From a plasmid, in the sequence record NZ_CP024587.1: DNA of 64,000 bases; one strand, written 5' to 3'. Under the pieces are notes generated by a model. It saw nothing but the letters and a program-made list of their open reading frames with translations. It was not told the origin of the DNA and did no database searches. Positions 48,568 through 59,739 of the stretch are shown piece by piece. Both the position numbers and the translations under genes were made by a program. How positions within the stretch are numbered: the first letter of the stretch is position 1; each line of letters starts with the position of its first letter.

Positions 48568-49848
48568 TTGATTGATTCGCCCCTAGAATCATGCATCCAG
48601 ACCCTTCTCTCCGTGCCGCTGTCTTCACGGCAGCATCCTGTCCCGCCTCGCTGGAGGCCATGTCCGGAGTTCCCGCTGTTGGGTGAGCAGAAACCCAGGG
48701 TTGCGTCGCCTCGTCCCTCCGCCCAGCTCAGCCGGGCGGAGACGTCAGGTGCGGAGACCCCGATCTTCATCAATGGTCGTTTCCTGGCCCAACCACAGTC
48801 CGGCGTGCAGCGCTTCGCGGGGCAGATCGTGCGTGCCCTGGACGCAGGCGCCCTGGATGAGGGCGGGGGAACGGCGGCCGGACGGCAGGTCAGCCTTCTC
48901 GTGCCCACCGGCCTTGTCCGCGCCCCCCAGTATGAGCGGATCGGGATCCGCGAGGCCGGGCGGCGAGGCGGCCAGGTCTGGGAACAGGGCGAATTGCCGC
49001 GCGCGGCACGGAAGGGCTTCCTGATCAACCTGGGCAACACCGCGCCGATCATGGCCGGACGGCGCCAGTTGGTCGTCATCCACGATGCCGGTATCTTCGA
49101 TACGCCCTCCTCATACTCCTGGCGTTTCCGGACCTGGTACCGGGTCCTCCAGAAGCGCCTGGTGGAGCGCGAGACGCAGATCGTCACGGTCTCCGACTTC
49201 GCCCGCGGACGCATCGCGCAGCATCTGCGGATCGCCCCCGAAAGGATCGCGGTGATCGGCGAAGGCGCGGAGCACATCCGACAGGAGGCGGCGGATCCCG
49301 GAATCCTCGGCTGCCATGGGCTGGAGCGGGGCCGCTATGTCCTGGCCGTGGGCAACCGGGCCGCGCACAAGAAGCTCGACATCCTCGGAGCGATCGTCCC
49401 GCACTTAAAGGCGCAGGGGCTGACGCTGGCGGTGGCCGGCTCGATCGACCAGAAGGTCTTCCAGACGCAGTCGGACGATCCGCTCGGGGCAGCCTGCCTC
49501 CTCGGCCGGGTGACGGACGGCGAGCTGCGCGCGCTCTACGAGAATGCCTTCTGCCTGCTCTTTCCTTCGAGCTACGAGGGCTTCGGCCTGCCACCGGTGG
49601 AGGCGATGCTGTGCGGCTGCCCGGTCATCACCGGACGCGGCACCTCGGTGGAGGAGATCTGCGGCGAGGTCGCGCTCTATGCCGGGGATTCCCCGTCAAG
49701 CCTCCTGCAATGCATCACCGCCCTGGCGGCCCCCGAACTGCACGCGCGGCTGCGCCACGAGGGCGTTCACAAGGCTGAGCGGCTGACCTGGTACCGTGCC
49801 GCCTCCCAGCTCATGGCCGTCGCCGAGCGTCAGCTGCGGAATCTCTGA
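48568..49848 (+). CDS. Glycosyltransferase family 4; the true start is probably downstream of 48568 (possibly TTG 48679)
   Basis: ...LFPSSYEGFGLPPVEAMLCGCPVITGRGTS.... The first about 60 aa lack similarity. Confidence 0.7.
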   Translation: MIDSPLESCIQTLLSVPLSSRQHPVPPRWRPCPEFPLLGEQKPRVASPRPSAQLSRAETSGAETPIFINGRFLAQPQSGVQRFAGQIVRALDAGALDEGGGTAAGRQVSLLVPTGLVRAPQYERIGIREAGRRGGQVWEQGELPRAARKGFLINLGNTAPIMAGRRQLVVIHDAGIFDTPSSYSWRFRTWYRVLQKRLVERETQIVTVSDFARGRIAQHLRIAPERIAVIGEGAEHIRQEAADPGILGCHGLERGRYVLAVGNRAAHKKLDILGAIVPHLKAQGLTLAVAGSIDQKVFQTQSDDPLGAACLLGRVTDGELRALYENAFCLLFPSSYEGFGLPPVEAMLCGCPVITGRGTSVEEICGEVALYAGDSPSSLLQCITALAAPELHARLRHEGVHKAERLTWYRAASQLMAVAERQLRNL

Positions 49849-49851
49849 GAC

Positions 49852-51090
49852 ATGACACCCAAAGTCGCGATCGTCCATGAATGGCTCGACACCTATGCGG
49901 GGTCCGAGCGTGTCCTCGAGCAGATGCTCCGTTGCTGGCCGGAAGCGGACATCTTCGCGGTCTGCGACTTCCTCCCTCCTGGCGAGCGTGGCTTCCTGCA
50001 GGGGCGCTCGGTGCGCACGAGCTTCATCCAGCGCCTGCCCTTCGCCCGGAAGCATTTCCGGAAATACCTCGGGCTGATGCCGCTCGCGGTCAGTCAGCTC
50101 GACCTGACCGGCTACGACATCGTCGTCTCCAGCCATCATGCCGTGGCCAAGGGCGTGATCGTTGGCCCCTCCCAGGTCCATGTGAGCTACGTGCACTCGC
50201 CCATGCGCTATGCCTGGGACCTGCAGCACCAGTACCTGCGCCAGGCCGGCCTCGAACGTGGCCCGATGGGGGCCTATACACGCTGGCTGCTCCACCGGTT
50301 GCGCCAGTGGGACCGCTCCACCGCCGCGGGCGTCGACGTCTTCGTCGCCAATTCCGCTTATATAGGGGAACGGGTCCGCAAGACGTGGCGGCGCGAAGCC
50401 GAAGTCATTTACCCGCCGGTGGATCTGGAGAGCTTCTCTCAACAGAGCCCGAAGGAGGACTTCTTCCTGGTGGCGTCGCGCTTCGTTCCCTACAAGCGCG
50501 TGGACATGATCGCCGCCGCCTTTCGCGCCATGCCCGAAGCGAAGCTGCTGGTCGTCGGCGGCGGACCGGAGGAGCAGGCCGTGCATCAGGCGGCAGGCGG
50601 GGCGCCGAACATCACCTTCCTGCCGCCCGTGCCCAAGGCCGAACTCGTGCACCTGTTCCAGCGGGCCCGCGCGGTGATCTTCGCCGCCGAGGAGGATTTC
50701 GGCATCACCACCGTGGAGGCGCAAGCCTGCGGCACACCGGTCATCGCCTATGGACGCGGCGGAGCGCGGGAGATCATCCATACCGGTCCCGGTCCGCTCA
50801 CCGGCGTGCTGTTCGAGGAGCAGACGCCGGAATCGCTGATGGCCGCGGTGCGGGAATTCGAATCCAGGCGGGAGGAGTTCGATCCTATCACCTGCCGCGC
50901 CAATGCCGAACGCTTCTCCGCGCCACGCTTCCGTCAGGAAATCAAGGAGCTGGTCGAGCGCGCCTATCTGGTCCACGGGAAGGTGCCGGAACCGGCCAAG
51001 CCGCCGCTGACGATTCCACCGCCCATGGCGACGCGGCGCCCCGCCGTCCACGCCGTCCACGCCTCCGCCAGCCCGGGTGAGGTCCGATGA
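49852..51090 (+). CDS. Glycosyltransferase family 4
   Basis: ...AAEEDFGITTVEAQACGTPVIAYGRGG.... Confidence 0.8.
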   Translation: MTPKVAIVHEWLDTYAGSERVLEQMLRCWPEADIFAVCDFLPPGERGFLQGRSVRTSFIQRLPFARKHFRKYLGLMPLAVSQLDLTGYDIVVSSHHAVAKGVIVGPSQVHVSYVHSPMRYAWDLQHQYLRQAGLERGPMGAYTRWLLHRLRQWDRSTAAGVDVFVANSAYIGERVRKTWRREAEVIYPPVDLESFSQQSPKEDFFLVASRFVPYKRVDMIAAAFRAMPEAKLLVVGGGPEEQAVHQAAGGAPNITFLPPVPKAELVHLFQRARAVIFAAEEDFGITTVEAQACGTPVIAYGRGGAREIIHTGPGPLTGVLFEEQTPESLMAAVREFESRREEFDPITCRANAERFSAPRFRQEIKELVERAYLVHGKVPEPAKPPLTIPPPMATRRPAVHAVHASASPGEVR

Positions 51091-52637
51091 ACCAGGACAC
51101 GGACCCGACGCAGCCGGAAGCGCAGGCGATCACGGCGAAACGGAATTTCCTGGCCGGCGCAGGTTGGAACGCACTCGGCCGGGGCCTGCCGCTGCTCCTG
51201 GCGCTGGTGCTGACGCCGATTCTGCTGTCCCAGATGGGCGTCGAGCGCTGGGGCATCTTCACCCTGGCGCTGAGCCTGGTCGGAGTGGTCAGCATCCTGG
51301 ATCTGGGCATCGGCGCCTCGCTGACCCGGGTCGTGGCGGCGGAGCTGGCGGTGGGTCGCGAGGACCGCGCCGCGGCCATGATCACCACCGCGCTCGCGAT
51401 CCTCGCCGTGGTGCTGATCCCCTTCACCCTGGTCGCGGTGACCTTCATGCCGGCCGTGGTGGACCATGCGCTGAACGTGCCGCCCGCATTGCGGGACCAG
51501 AGTATCGCGGCGCTGCGCATCATGGTGCTGACCTTGCCGCTGGTGGTGCTCAGCGCCGCGCTATGGGGCACGCTGACAGCCTGCCAGCTCTTCCGCGCCG
51601 CGAACCTCGTCAACATCCCGGTCGGCATCTTCTACTATCTCGGCCCGGCAATCGCCCTGGCGCTGTGGGACAACATGGTGGGCGTGATGCTGTCGCTGGC
51701 TTTGCTGCGGTTGGTGACCTGCATCGCCTATTTCGTGCTCGTATGGCGTCGCTTGCCGGCATTGCACCATTGGCCGAGGCCGGAATGGCGCAATGCCCGG
51801 AGCCTGATGAAGACCGGCGTCTGGATGATGCTGTCCAACATCCTCTCGCCTCTTTCCCTTTATGGCGACCGCTTCCTGATCGGTGCGCTCTTTCCGCTCG
51901 CGGTCGTCTCCTACTACACGACCTCCTTCGACCTGCTCACGCGCTTCTGGATCGTCTCGGTCTCGGTCACCGGCGCGCTGTTTCCCGCCATGGCATCCAC
52001 CTTCTCCTCGGATCCTGCGCGGACGGGTACGCTGATGCGCCATGGCGCCGCCCTGGTGATCGGGCTCCTCTTCCCCGCCTGCCTCATCACCGTGCTGTTC
52101 GCCAAGCCGCTTCTGTCCCTCTGGCTGCATGCGGATTTTGCCGAGCACAGCTACGGCGTGCTGCGCATCCTGGCCATCGGCATCTTCTTCAGCTGCTCGG
52201 GGAGCACGGCGGGCTCCTTCCTGGATGCGATCGGCCGGCCGGATGCCGGGGCAAAGTTCATGGCCCTCCTGGCCGTGCTGTTCATCCCGCTTGCCATGCT
52301 GTTGACTTGGCGCTTCGGCATCACGGGGGCCGCGGTGGCCTTCGCGCTGCGGTCGGCCACGGAATGCCTGGGGCGCCTCGCCCTGTGCCGTAACCTTCAG
52401 CCGCAGGCGGATCGGGACAGCCGGATCATCGGTTCCGTCTCAGCGATGGGAGGACTCATCCTGGCCATCAGTATCTTCGTTCCGGCCGGGATCATGTCCT
52501 TCCTGACCGTCCTGACCGTCCTGCCCGCCTACCTGCTTTTCGGCGCCTATTGCATGTTCGAGCGTCACGAACGCCTCGTGGCTCTTGCAGGCATGCTCCG
52601 GCTTATGCCGCGCCGCATCGGCGCATCCGTATCATGA
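51087..52637 (+). CDS. wzx: Wzx-type polysaccharide flippase (MOP superfamily)
   Basis: 12-14 TM helices, oligosaccharide-flippase-like N-terminus (NFLAGAGWNALGRGLPLLLALVLTPILL). Confidence 0.75.
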   Translation: MNQDTDPTQPEAQAITAKRNFLAGAGWNALGRGLPLLLALVLTPILLSQMGVERWGIFTLALSLVGVVSILDLGIGASLTRVVAAELAVGREDRAAAMITTALAILAVVLIPFTLVAVTFMPAVVDHALNVPPALRDQSIAALRIMVLTLPLVVLSAALWGTLTACQLFRAANLVNIPVGIFYYLGPAIALALWDNMVGVMLSLALLRLVTCIAYFVLVWRRLPALHHWPRPEWRNARSLMKTGVWMMLSNILSPLSLYGDRFLIGALFPLAVVSYYTTSFDLLTRFWIVSVSVTGALFPAMASTFSSDPARTGTLMRHGAALVIGLLFPACLITVLFAKPLLSLWLHADFAEHSYGVLRILAIGIFFSCSGSTAGSFLDAIGRPDAGAKFMALLAVLFIPLAMLLTWRFGITGAAVAFALRSATECLGRLALCRNLQPQADRDSRIIGSVSAMGGLILAISIFVPAGIMSFLTVLTVLPAYLLFGAYCMFERHERLVALAGMLRLMPRRIGASVS

Positions 52638-52659
52638 TCGCCCGATCGAGGATCCCTTT

Positions 52660-54909
52660 ATGAGCCAGAGCTCAACCCCGACTACGGTGGTGTCGACAGG
52701 GTTTGATCCTGCGGCACAGATGGAGCCTATCGGAGTTCCATTCGGCCGAGTCTTCCACGTCCTGCGCCGGCGCAAGGGGGTGATCCTCGGCATCATCGTC
52801 CTGGGCATGGCTGGGGTGACCGCCGTCGTCATGCAGCTGCCGCCCCGCTATACCGCGGAGGCGCAGATCCTGATCGAACCCCGGCGGACCCAGGTGTCGG
52901 ATCTGCAGGCGATCACGACGGAACAGGTCGACGTTTCCAACCTGATGCGCACGCAGATCGACATCTTCCGCTCGCCAGCTCTGGCGGCCAAGGTGGTCGA
53001 GGCCCTGGATCTCACCAACATGCCGGGCTTCCTGCCAGAGCCCGGCGGGCTGTCCGCCCTCCTGGCGGATGCGAAGCGGTGGTCCATGGAAATGTTGGGC
53101 CTGGCCACCCCGGCCCCCCGGCTGGAAGGCCCCCTGGACCGTGAGCAGCTCGCGATCCAGAAGGTGCTGGGGCTGATCACCTTCTCGAACGAGGCGCGCT
53201 CCAATGTCCTGCGCGTCTCGGCGGAGACCGAGGATCCGCAGCTGAGCGCCAATATCGCCAACGAGATCTCCAACCGCTTCCTGGACTTCAAGAGGAACCA
53301 GAAGTTCGCGGCCACGCAGCGCGCGCATGACTGGTTCCAGGAGCGGCTGGCGGAGCTTTCCGTGAAGGTCCGGGCTTCCGAGCGGCGCATCTCGGAGTAC
53401 CGGGAGCAGTTCGGGCTGAATGACACGCCCCTGGCGCGCGATGGCGAAGCGCGGACGCCCTCGGTCAACGCGCAGCAGCTCAACGAGATCACGCGGCAGC
53501 TCTCGCTGGTGACCGGAGATCGCGTCGGCAAGGAATCGAGGCTCAATCAGGTCAACACCGTGCTGCGCAACGGTGGACGCATGGACACCTTGCCGGAGGT
53601 CGTGGACTCCCCCCTGATCCAGGCCCTGCGCCAGCAGGAGGCCGTGGCCATCGGCCGCGAGGCGCAGCTCTCCGCTTCTGCCAGCGAGCGCAGTCCGGAA
53701 TTCCTCGCTGCCCAGGCGCAGCGGCGCGGCCTGCAGCGGCGCATCCAGGAGGAAGCCTCGAACATCGTTTCCGGGCTCAACAACGAGGTCATCGCGATCC
53801 GGGCGCGGGAAGCATCCCTGCGCAACACCCTCGACAACTTGCGCAGCGGCGTGGCGGTCGAGAATGCGGCGGAGATCCAGCTCCAGGCCCTCACCACCGA
53901 GGCACGGGCCAACCGCGTCCTCTATGAGAGCTACCTCAACCGCGCGGTGCAGTTGGCCAACCTGACCGGCATCCAGGAGCCGGACGCCGAGATGGTCTCT
54001 CCGGCAGCGGTGCCGCCCTCCCCTTCCGCGCCCCAGCGCAGCCGGATCCTGGTCGCCGCCTTTCTGGTCATCTCCGTGCTGGCGATCGCCATCGGCTTCC
54101 TGCTCGAGCGCCTTCGGACCACCTTCAGCAGCGCCGAGGAGCTGGAGGCCGCTCTTGGGATCATGCCCTTCGGGCTGATCCCCAAGACGTCGCAGCGCGC
54201 CCGCGCGCTGGGTAACGCGAATAGCACAAGCGCCCTTCAGTTCGCGGCGGCCCTGAGCAAGGTGCGGGGCGGGCTACAGGTCCTCCAGGTGGAGAAGCGC
54301 CCGAAGGTGATCATGATCACCTCTGCCCTGCCCAAGGAGGGGAAGACGGTCTTCGCAACCAGCTTCGCCAAGAGCGCGGCAAGCAGTGGCTGGCGCGTCC
54401 TGCTGATCGATGCCGATATGCACCGCCCTGGCGTGGCGGCACAGTTTGGTCTTTCCCCTTCGCCCGGCCTGGACGAGGTTCTCACCAGCACGGATCCTGC
54501 GGACTATGCCCGGGCGGTGCGGACGGTGGCGGACAGGCTCGATGTACTTCCTACCTCGGTGAGCGCGGCCACGCCGCAGGATCTCCTGGCCTCCGACCGG
54601 ATGGCGGAGATCATCCGGAAAGCCCGGGAAGACTACGATGTCGTCGTGATCGACACGCCGCCGGTGGTGCCGACCGTGGATGGGCTGATCCTGGCCCACC
54701 TGACGGATGCAACGATCCTGGCGGTCAGGTGGGAGAAGACATCGCGCTCCTCAGCACAACTGGCCTTGCGCCTGCTGCGCAGCAGTAGTGCGACCCTGGT
54801 TGGAAGCGTACTGACACAGGTGGATTTCAAGCGCGCCGGCATCTCCCGGGCGCAGAACATGGCCTATCTTTACCGCAAGCATCTCAAGATCAAGCGCTCG
54901 GCGGTGTGA
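52660..54909 (+). CDS. wzc: Polysaccharide co-polymerase / BY-tyrosine autokinase (Wzc/ExoP-like)
   Basis: Wzz-like periplasmic domain flanked by two TMs. C-terminal kinase with Walker A ITSALPKEGKTVFATSFA, DxD (LLIDADMH), Walker B (YDVVVIDTPP), C-terminal Tyr (AYLYRKH). Confidence 0.8.
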   Translation: MSQSSTPTTVVSTGFDPAAQMEPIGVPFGRVFHVLRRRKGVILGIIVLGMAGVTAVVMQLPPRYTAEAQILIEPRRTQVSDLQAITTEQVDVSNLMRTQIDIFRSPALAAKVVEALDLTNMPGFLPEPGGLSALLADAKRWSMEMLGLATPAPRLEGPLDREQLAIQKVLGLITFSNEARSNVLRVSAETEDPQLSANIANEISNRFLDFKRNQKFAATQRAHDWFQERLAELSVKVRASERRISEYREQFGLNDTPLARDGEARTPSVNAQQLNEITRQLSLVTGDRVGKESRLNQVNTVLRNGGRMDTLPEVVDSPLIQALRQQEAVAIGREAQLSASASERSPEFLAAQAQRRGLQRRIQEEASNIVSGLNNEVIAIRAREASLRNTLDNLRSGVAVENAAEIQLQALTTEARANRVLYESYLNRAVQLANLTGIQEPDAEMVSPAAVPPSPSAPQRSRILVAAFLVISVLAIAIGFLLERLRTTFSSAEELEAALGIMPFGLIPKTSQRARALGNANSTSALQFAAALSKVRGGLQVLQVEKRPKVIMITSALPKEGKTVFATSFAKSAASSGWRVLLIDADMHRPGVAAQFGLSPSPGLDEVLTSTDPADYARAVRTVADRLDVLPTSVSAATPQDLLASDRMAEIIRKAREDYDVVVIDTPPVVPTVDGLILAHLTDATILAVRWEKTSRSSAQLALRLLRSSSATLVGSVLTQVDFKRAGISRAQNMAYLYRKHLKIKRSAV

Positions 54910-55400
54910 GCGGAACGAAGCGAGGCCGTGCGGAGCTATCCTCCTGTTCCACCCATAGGAGGTGCAAGAGGACCGGATTGCACGGCCGCGCAACCGCATT
55001 CGTGCGAACGGGACCAGGGTGCTATCGCACCATCCAATAGATGCCGATCCAGGCCACGACGCCAAGCAGGATAGCGAGCAGGATCCCACGCGCGGCCGAC
55101 AGCGGATGGCCGGAGGGAGCGTCAGGCCTTCCTCGCTCCCTGTGGCAAGGCTCCTGCTTGTCGATACGGTTGGTGATCTTGGTCACTCCTGGCCAAACTC
55201 CGTATGGGCTCAATCACGTTGAGCCACCGGAACCGGAAGGCCTGACCAGGCATACTGCCCGGTCATAGACCGAGTCTAACACGATTTTTTCGCCGCTTGC
55301 CGTCCCAACGCTGGCCCGGCCTACCCATTCCTGGGTAGTCGGCTTTGAATAACCCTTTCAAACGGACGGGCTGCAGAACAAGCGTAAGCGCTGCCTGGAG

Positions 55401-56895
55401 ACCCTACGTGGTCGGCTCTGAACAACCTGATCAGGCCGTTCGGCCCATTGCTGGATGGCGACTGGTCTGTGTGAGGGCCTGAACGAGGCTGGCGAGAAAG
55501 GCGAGCAAGAGAGCCCTGAGGTGGGCGAGGATCTTGCGGATATTGCGGCCGCAGCCGCAGAGGACGGCGTGGAGGGCATCGCCGAGGGTGCCCTTGAGGG
55601 CGCAGCGGGCGAGACGGCCGTCGGACTTCATGTGGCCGATCTCGGGCTCGATGGCGCTGCGGCGGCGCAGCAGCCGGCGCAGGCGGGGTGTCAGGCCGCG
55701 GCGCGTGCCGCTGACGAGCACCCTGGTGCCGGTCACGCCATGGCCGCGGTAGCCACGGTCGACCACGGCGAGGCTGGGGCGGAGGCCGGTGAGGGTCTCG
55801 ACCTGCTGGAGGGCGTCGGCGAGGGTGTGGCCGTCATAGGGATTGCCGGGCTGGCTGCGCATGCCGACGACGAAACCGTCCTCGATGGTGGTGGCGATGC
55901 TGACCTTCGTGCCGAACTCGTAGCGCACCCTGGCCTTGCCCTTGGCGATGCAGTCCACCTCCTGCTCGTGCAGGGCGTAGAGCTTGCGGGGCGTCTTCGG
56001 CGTCTGGCGCAGCAGGCGGGTGACGAGCGCCATCCTGTCGTTGATCCGATCCCGCAGCCTCCCCTCGGGGACGGCGCCGAGCTTGCGGCCCACGTCGCGC
56101 AGGACGCGGCCGGTGTAGCCCTTGAGGGTGCGCAGCGCCTTGCGCATGCGGCGGAACTGCCGGGCATGGGCGTGCCGCCCCACCTGGCCCGCCAGGCGCG
56201 GGGCCAGGCGGCTGTAGGTCTGCCGCAGGGCGATCCCGGCTTTCCGCGCCAGCGTCACCAGCGAGCGGCGCGCCTTCTCGTAGAGACGGCTGTCGGTCGG
56301 GTGGGCGATGGCCTTCTCCATCACGGTGGTGTCTACCGCGACCTCGGCCAGGCTGCGCTCCGACACCGCACCCGCGGCGCGGCCCGCCTCGATCGTCTTG
56401 GTCAGCAGCCACTCGACACCTTCCTCACCGATACGGCTGCGCCAGCGGCTGAGCGAGGAGGGGTGGATGGGCGGACGGTGCTGGAAGAACGTCTCGCCGG
56501 TGAAGTGCTGGAAGTACGGGTTCTCCACCCAGCGCGCGAGCACCGCCTCGTCGGAGAGGCCGTAGGCATGCTGCAGGTACATCAGCCCTGCCACCAGACG
56601 CGGATGCGCGGCAGGCCGTCCCTCGGTGCCGGGGAAGAAGCCTGTCCACTCCCGCTCGAACCACGCCCAGTCGATCAACGCCGCCAGCCGCACCAGTTCG
56701 TGCCGCCCATCGATCATGTCGACCAGCCGCGGCCGCAGCAGATCGTCCTGTTCCGGCGGGCGCGGGCGATGCTTCATGCCCGCCAGAATCGCAGGGTTTG
56801 CCGCTGAAAACAATTGAACCCGGCAAATCCGGGACACCCAGACCAGCAGATTCCCTGGCTAAATCAGAGCGTTGCGAGTTGTTCAAGGCCGACTC
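55401..56895 (-). mobile_element. IS5-family (IS1182-like) insertion sequence, about 1.5 kb, tnp 55431..56837 (468 aa)
   Basis: IRs GTCGGCTCTGAACAAC (55403) / GTTGTTCAAGGCCGAC (56877). Transposase with InsH-N-terminal-like domain (LLRPRLVDMIDGRHELVRLAALIDW) and DDE domain. Confidence 0.7.
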
Positions 56896-57194
56896 AGTAT
56901 GTCGACCGTTGTGCCGCCCGCTACGAGCGCGGCGCCATGATCCTGACTTCCAATCGCGGCTTTGCCGAGTGGGGCGAGGTGTTCGGCGAACCGGTGGTGG
57001 CGACCGCGCTGCTCGACCGGCTGCTGCACCATGCGGTGGTCGTGTCGATCGAGGGCTCCAGCTACCGCCTGCGCCAGCACGCGGACCTGGTGCCGGAGAG
57101 CCTGCGCCCCGCCGCCAGCACCCTCGCGCAGCCTCCACCGCGGCGCCGGGGCAGACCGCCCAAGCCAAGAGGTGCCGATCCCAGCAACGGCTGA
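56880..57194 (+). pseudogene. IS21-family IstB (ATP-binding helper) C-terminal fragment
   Basis: ...ERGAMILTSNRGFAEWGEVFGEPVVATALLDRLLHHAVVVSIEGSSYRLRQHADLVPE matches the IstB C-terminus. 5' part missing. Confidence 0.6.
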
Positions 57195-57206
57195 TCCCCG
57201 GACCCA

Positions 57207-58987
57207 AACTGGGGAATTTTACGGTTCTCCCGCACTTTCCGTGCTGCTGTTTCGGTATCACGCGGCGTGCAGGACGCGGGTGCGGAGGAGATCAAAGCCT
57301 GCTCGGCCGTACATGGTCCGCTTGATCATCTTGATGCGGCTGATCTGTCCTTCGACCGGGCTCGTCGTCCAGGGCAGATCGAGGGCGGCCTGGATGGCGT
57401 CCTGGTCGCGGCGCAGCCCGGCGGCGAAGTTCTTGAGCGGTGTTTCGTCGGCAGCGGCGAGCACGGCAGGTAGGGTGTCACCCGTCTCGTGGCGCAAGAG
57501 ACGCTGCAGCCGCTTAGCCACGGTGATCGCCTCGGCCAATCGGGGCGCCTCCTTGAGCAGGTGACCGACGAACAAGTTCTCGTCTGCCGACAGTCTGGTC
57601 TCGTCGGCCATGAGCATGCAGCCGATCCGGCGAATGGTCAGCCCTGCCCAGGCCTTGGCTCCTGCTCGTTGCTCGGTGGCGGAAGGATCCGGCTGTTCCC
57701 GGCGGCGACCGGTGGCCCAGCGGCGCACAAGACCGGGGCGCCCTGTGAAGCCCCGCCCGATCAACTCGCGCCAGAGCTGAGCGGCGTTGCGGCAGCCCTC
57801 ATTCCAGCGGCCTTCGAGATACGCGACATGGACATCCAGCCCGCTGCCGCGCCGCGGCTTGCGCCACGACGGGGCATGGCCAAGCGACAGCCAGCGCCGC
57901 ACGGTCTTGCGCTCGGCATCGAGCAAGCTGGCGATGCGGCTGATCGACAGGCCCTTGCCGTGAAGGTCGGCTGCCTCGTCGTACCGTGCCTGGCGGCGGT
58001 GAAGTGAGGCTTGGCTCGCCCGCTGCGCCGCGTTCGGTGGATGGGACAGAGGCGGCGGCACGCCCGGTAAGGGCTCGCCCTGGGCTTGCGTCTCGGCGGT
58101 CCGCTGTGCCGCCCGACCGGTGGCGTTGCCGTGCCGTTCCACGAGGGCCCGGACCGCATCTCCGAGGTTGCGCAGCAGGTGCCAGCGATCCGCTACCTGG
58201 ATTGCACCGGGCGCGCCCTGCCGGACCCCGTCCGCGTAAGCGCCCGCCCGGTCTCGGGCCACGATCTCCACGCCAGGGTGCTGGCGCAGCCACGCCGCCA
58301 GGGTCTCCGCTTGGCGGTCGGGCAGCAAGTCGACGGCGCGATTGCGCTCTAGGTCGACCAGCGCCGTGCCGTAGTGATGGCCTCGGCGCCAAGCCCAGTC
58401 GTCCACCCCGAGCACCCGGGGCGTCGCTGCCGGCATGGCGTCCCGGCCCTCCGCGCGGGTGATCCGCAGCAACGTGTCCGGGCTGGTCGCCATGGCTAGA
58501 CGCTCGATCAGGCGCGCGCCGGCCTTGTCCCCGAGCGCCAGGCCTACACAGCGCTGCAGATCGCCCAGTCGCCGGGTCCGCCGTGCCCCGGCGGCCGCAA
58601 CCTCCGGGAGCCGCTCGGCGAAGGTCTGCCGGGTACAGGTCGGGTCGAGGCAGCGGAACCGCCGTGCCTGGAGACGCAGCGTCACAGGGCGGCCCTGCCA
58701 TGGCAGATCAGCGAGGCGGCGTTGGTAGTGGCTGTGAACGCGCCGTGACGACGTGCCGCAAGCTGGGCAGGTGGCGGCCTCGGGAGGTAGCGTGGCGGCG
58801 ATGATGATGTGATCGGAAGCGGGCAGGACCTGCTGAACCAGCAGCCCCGCTGGAAGCAGAGGCAGGAGACGCTTGGACAATCCCAGCTTTCAGAGAGAGG
58901 AACGACGCCCCTCCAATGTGATCATCCCACCCCGGAACGACGAGCCACAGCACGGAAAGTGCGGGAGAACCACGATTCAGGCGGCGT
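57207..58987 (-). mobile_element. ISL3-family insertion sequence, copy 3 (diverged relative of copies 1/2), tnp 57258..58880 (540 aa)
   Basis: Same architecture and length; protein about 65% identical by eye. Right IR ...ccacgattcaggcggcgttgaca identical to copy 1; left IR diverged (ggaattttacggttctcccgcac). Confidence 0.75.
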
Positions 58988-58989
58988 TG

Positions 58990-59739
58990 ACAGTGGACAC
59001 GACGGTGATGGAAAAGGCCATCGCGCATCCGACCGACAGCCGCCTCTACGAGCGGGCGCGGCACTCCCTGGTGACGCTGGCGGGCCAGGCCGGGATCAGG
59101 CTGCGGCAGACCTACAACCATGCCCGGCAGTTCCGGCGCATGCGCCGGGCGCTGCGCACCCTCAAGGGCTACACCGGCCGCGTCCTGCGCGACGTGGGCC
59201 GCAAGCTCGGCGCCGTCCCCGAGGGGAGGCTGCGGGATCGGATCAACGACAGGATGGCGCTCGTCACCCGCCTGCTGCGCCAGACGCCGAAGACGCCCCG
59301 CAAGCTCTACGCCCTGCACGAGCAGGAGGTGGACTGCATCGCCAAGGGCAAGGCCAGGGTGCGCTACGAGTTCGGCACGAAGGTCAGCATCGCCACCACC
59401 ATCGAGGACGGTTTCGTCGTCGGCATGCGCAGCCAGCCCGGCAATCCCTATGACGGCCACACCCTCGCCGACGCCCTCCAGCAGGTCGAGACCCTCACCG
59501 GCCTCCGCCCCAGCCTCGCCGTGGTCGACCGTGGCTACCGCGGCCATGGCGTGACCGGCACCAGGGTGCTCGTCAGCGGCACGCGCCGCGGCCTGACACC
59601 CCGCCTGCGCCGGCTGCTGCGCCGCCGCAGCGCCATCGAGCCCGAGATCGGCCACATGAAGTCCGACGGCCGTCTCGCCCGCTGCGCCCTCAGAGCCCGT
59701 TTGAAAATTGCTGGTCCGCAGCCTTCTGGGGTCTGCTGA
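58990..59739 (+). pseudogene. Partial second copy of the IS1182-like transposase, N-terminus cut by ISL3 copy 3, C-terminus divergent/truncated
   Basis: ...TVDTTVMEKAIAHPTDSRLYE...RRRSAIEPEIGHMKSDGRLARCAL is near-identical to aa about 150-410 of the 55431..56837 protein, in opposite orientation. Confidence 0.7.

Noticed and set aside
55022-55213. 63-aa minus-strand ORF with a hydrophobic C-terminus downstream of wzc
   Set aside because: Short, no RBS or homology evident. Could be a small membrane protein but the evidence is too weak.
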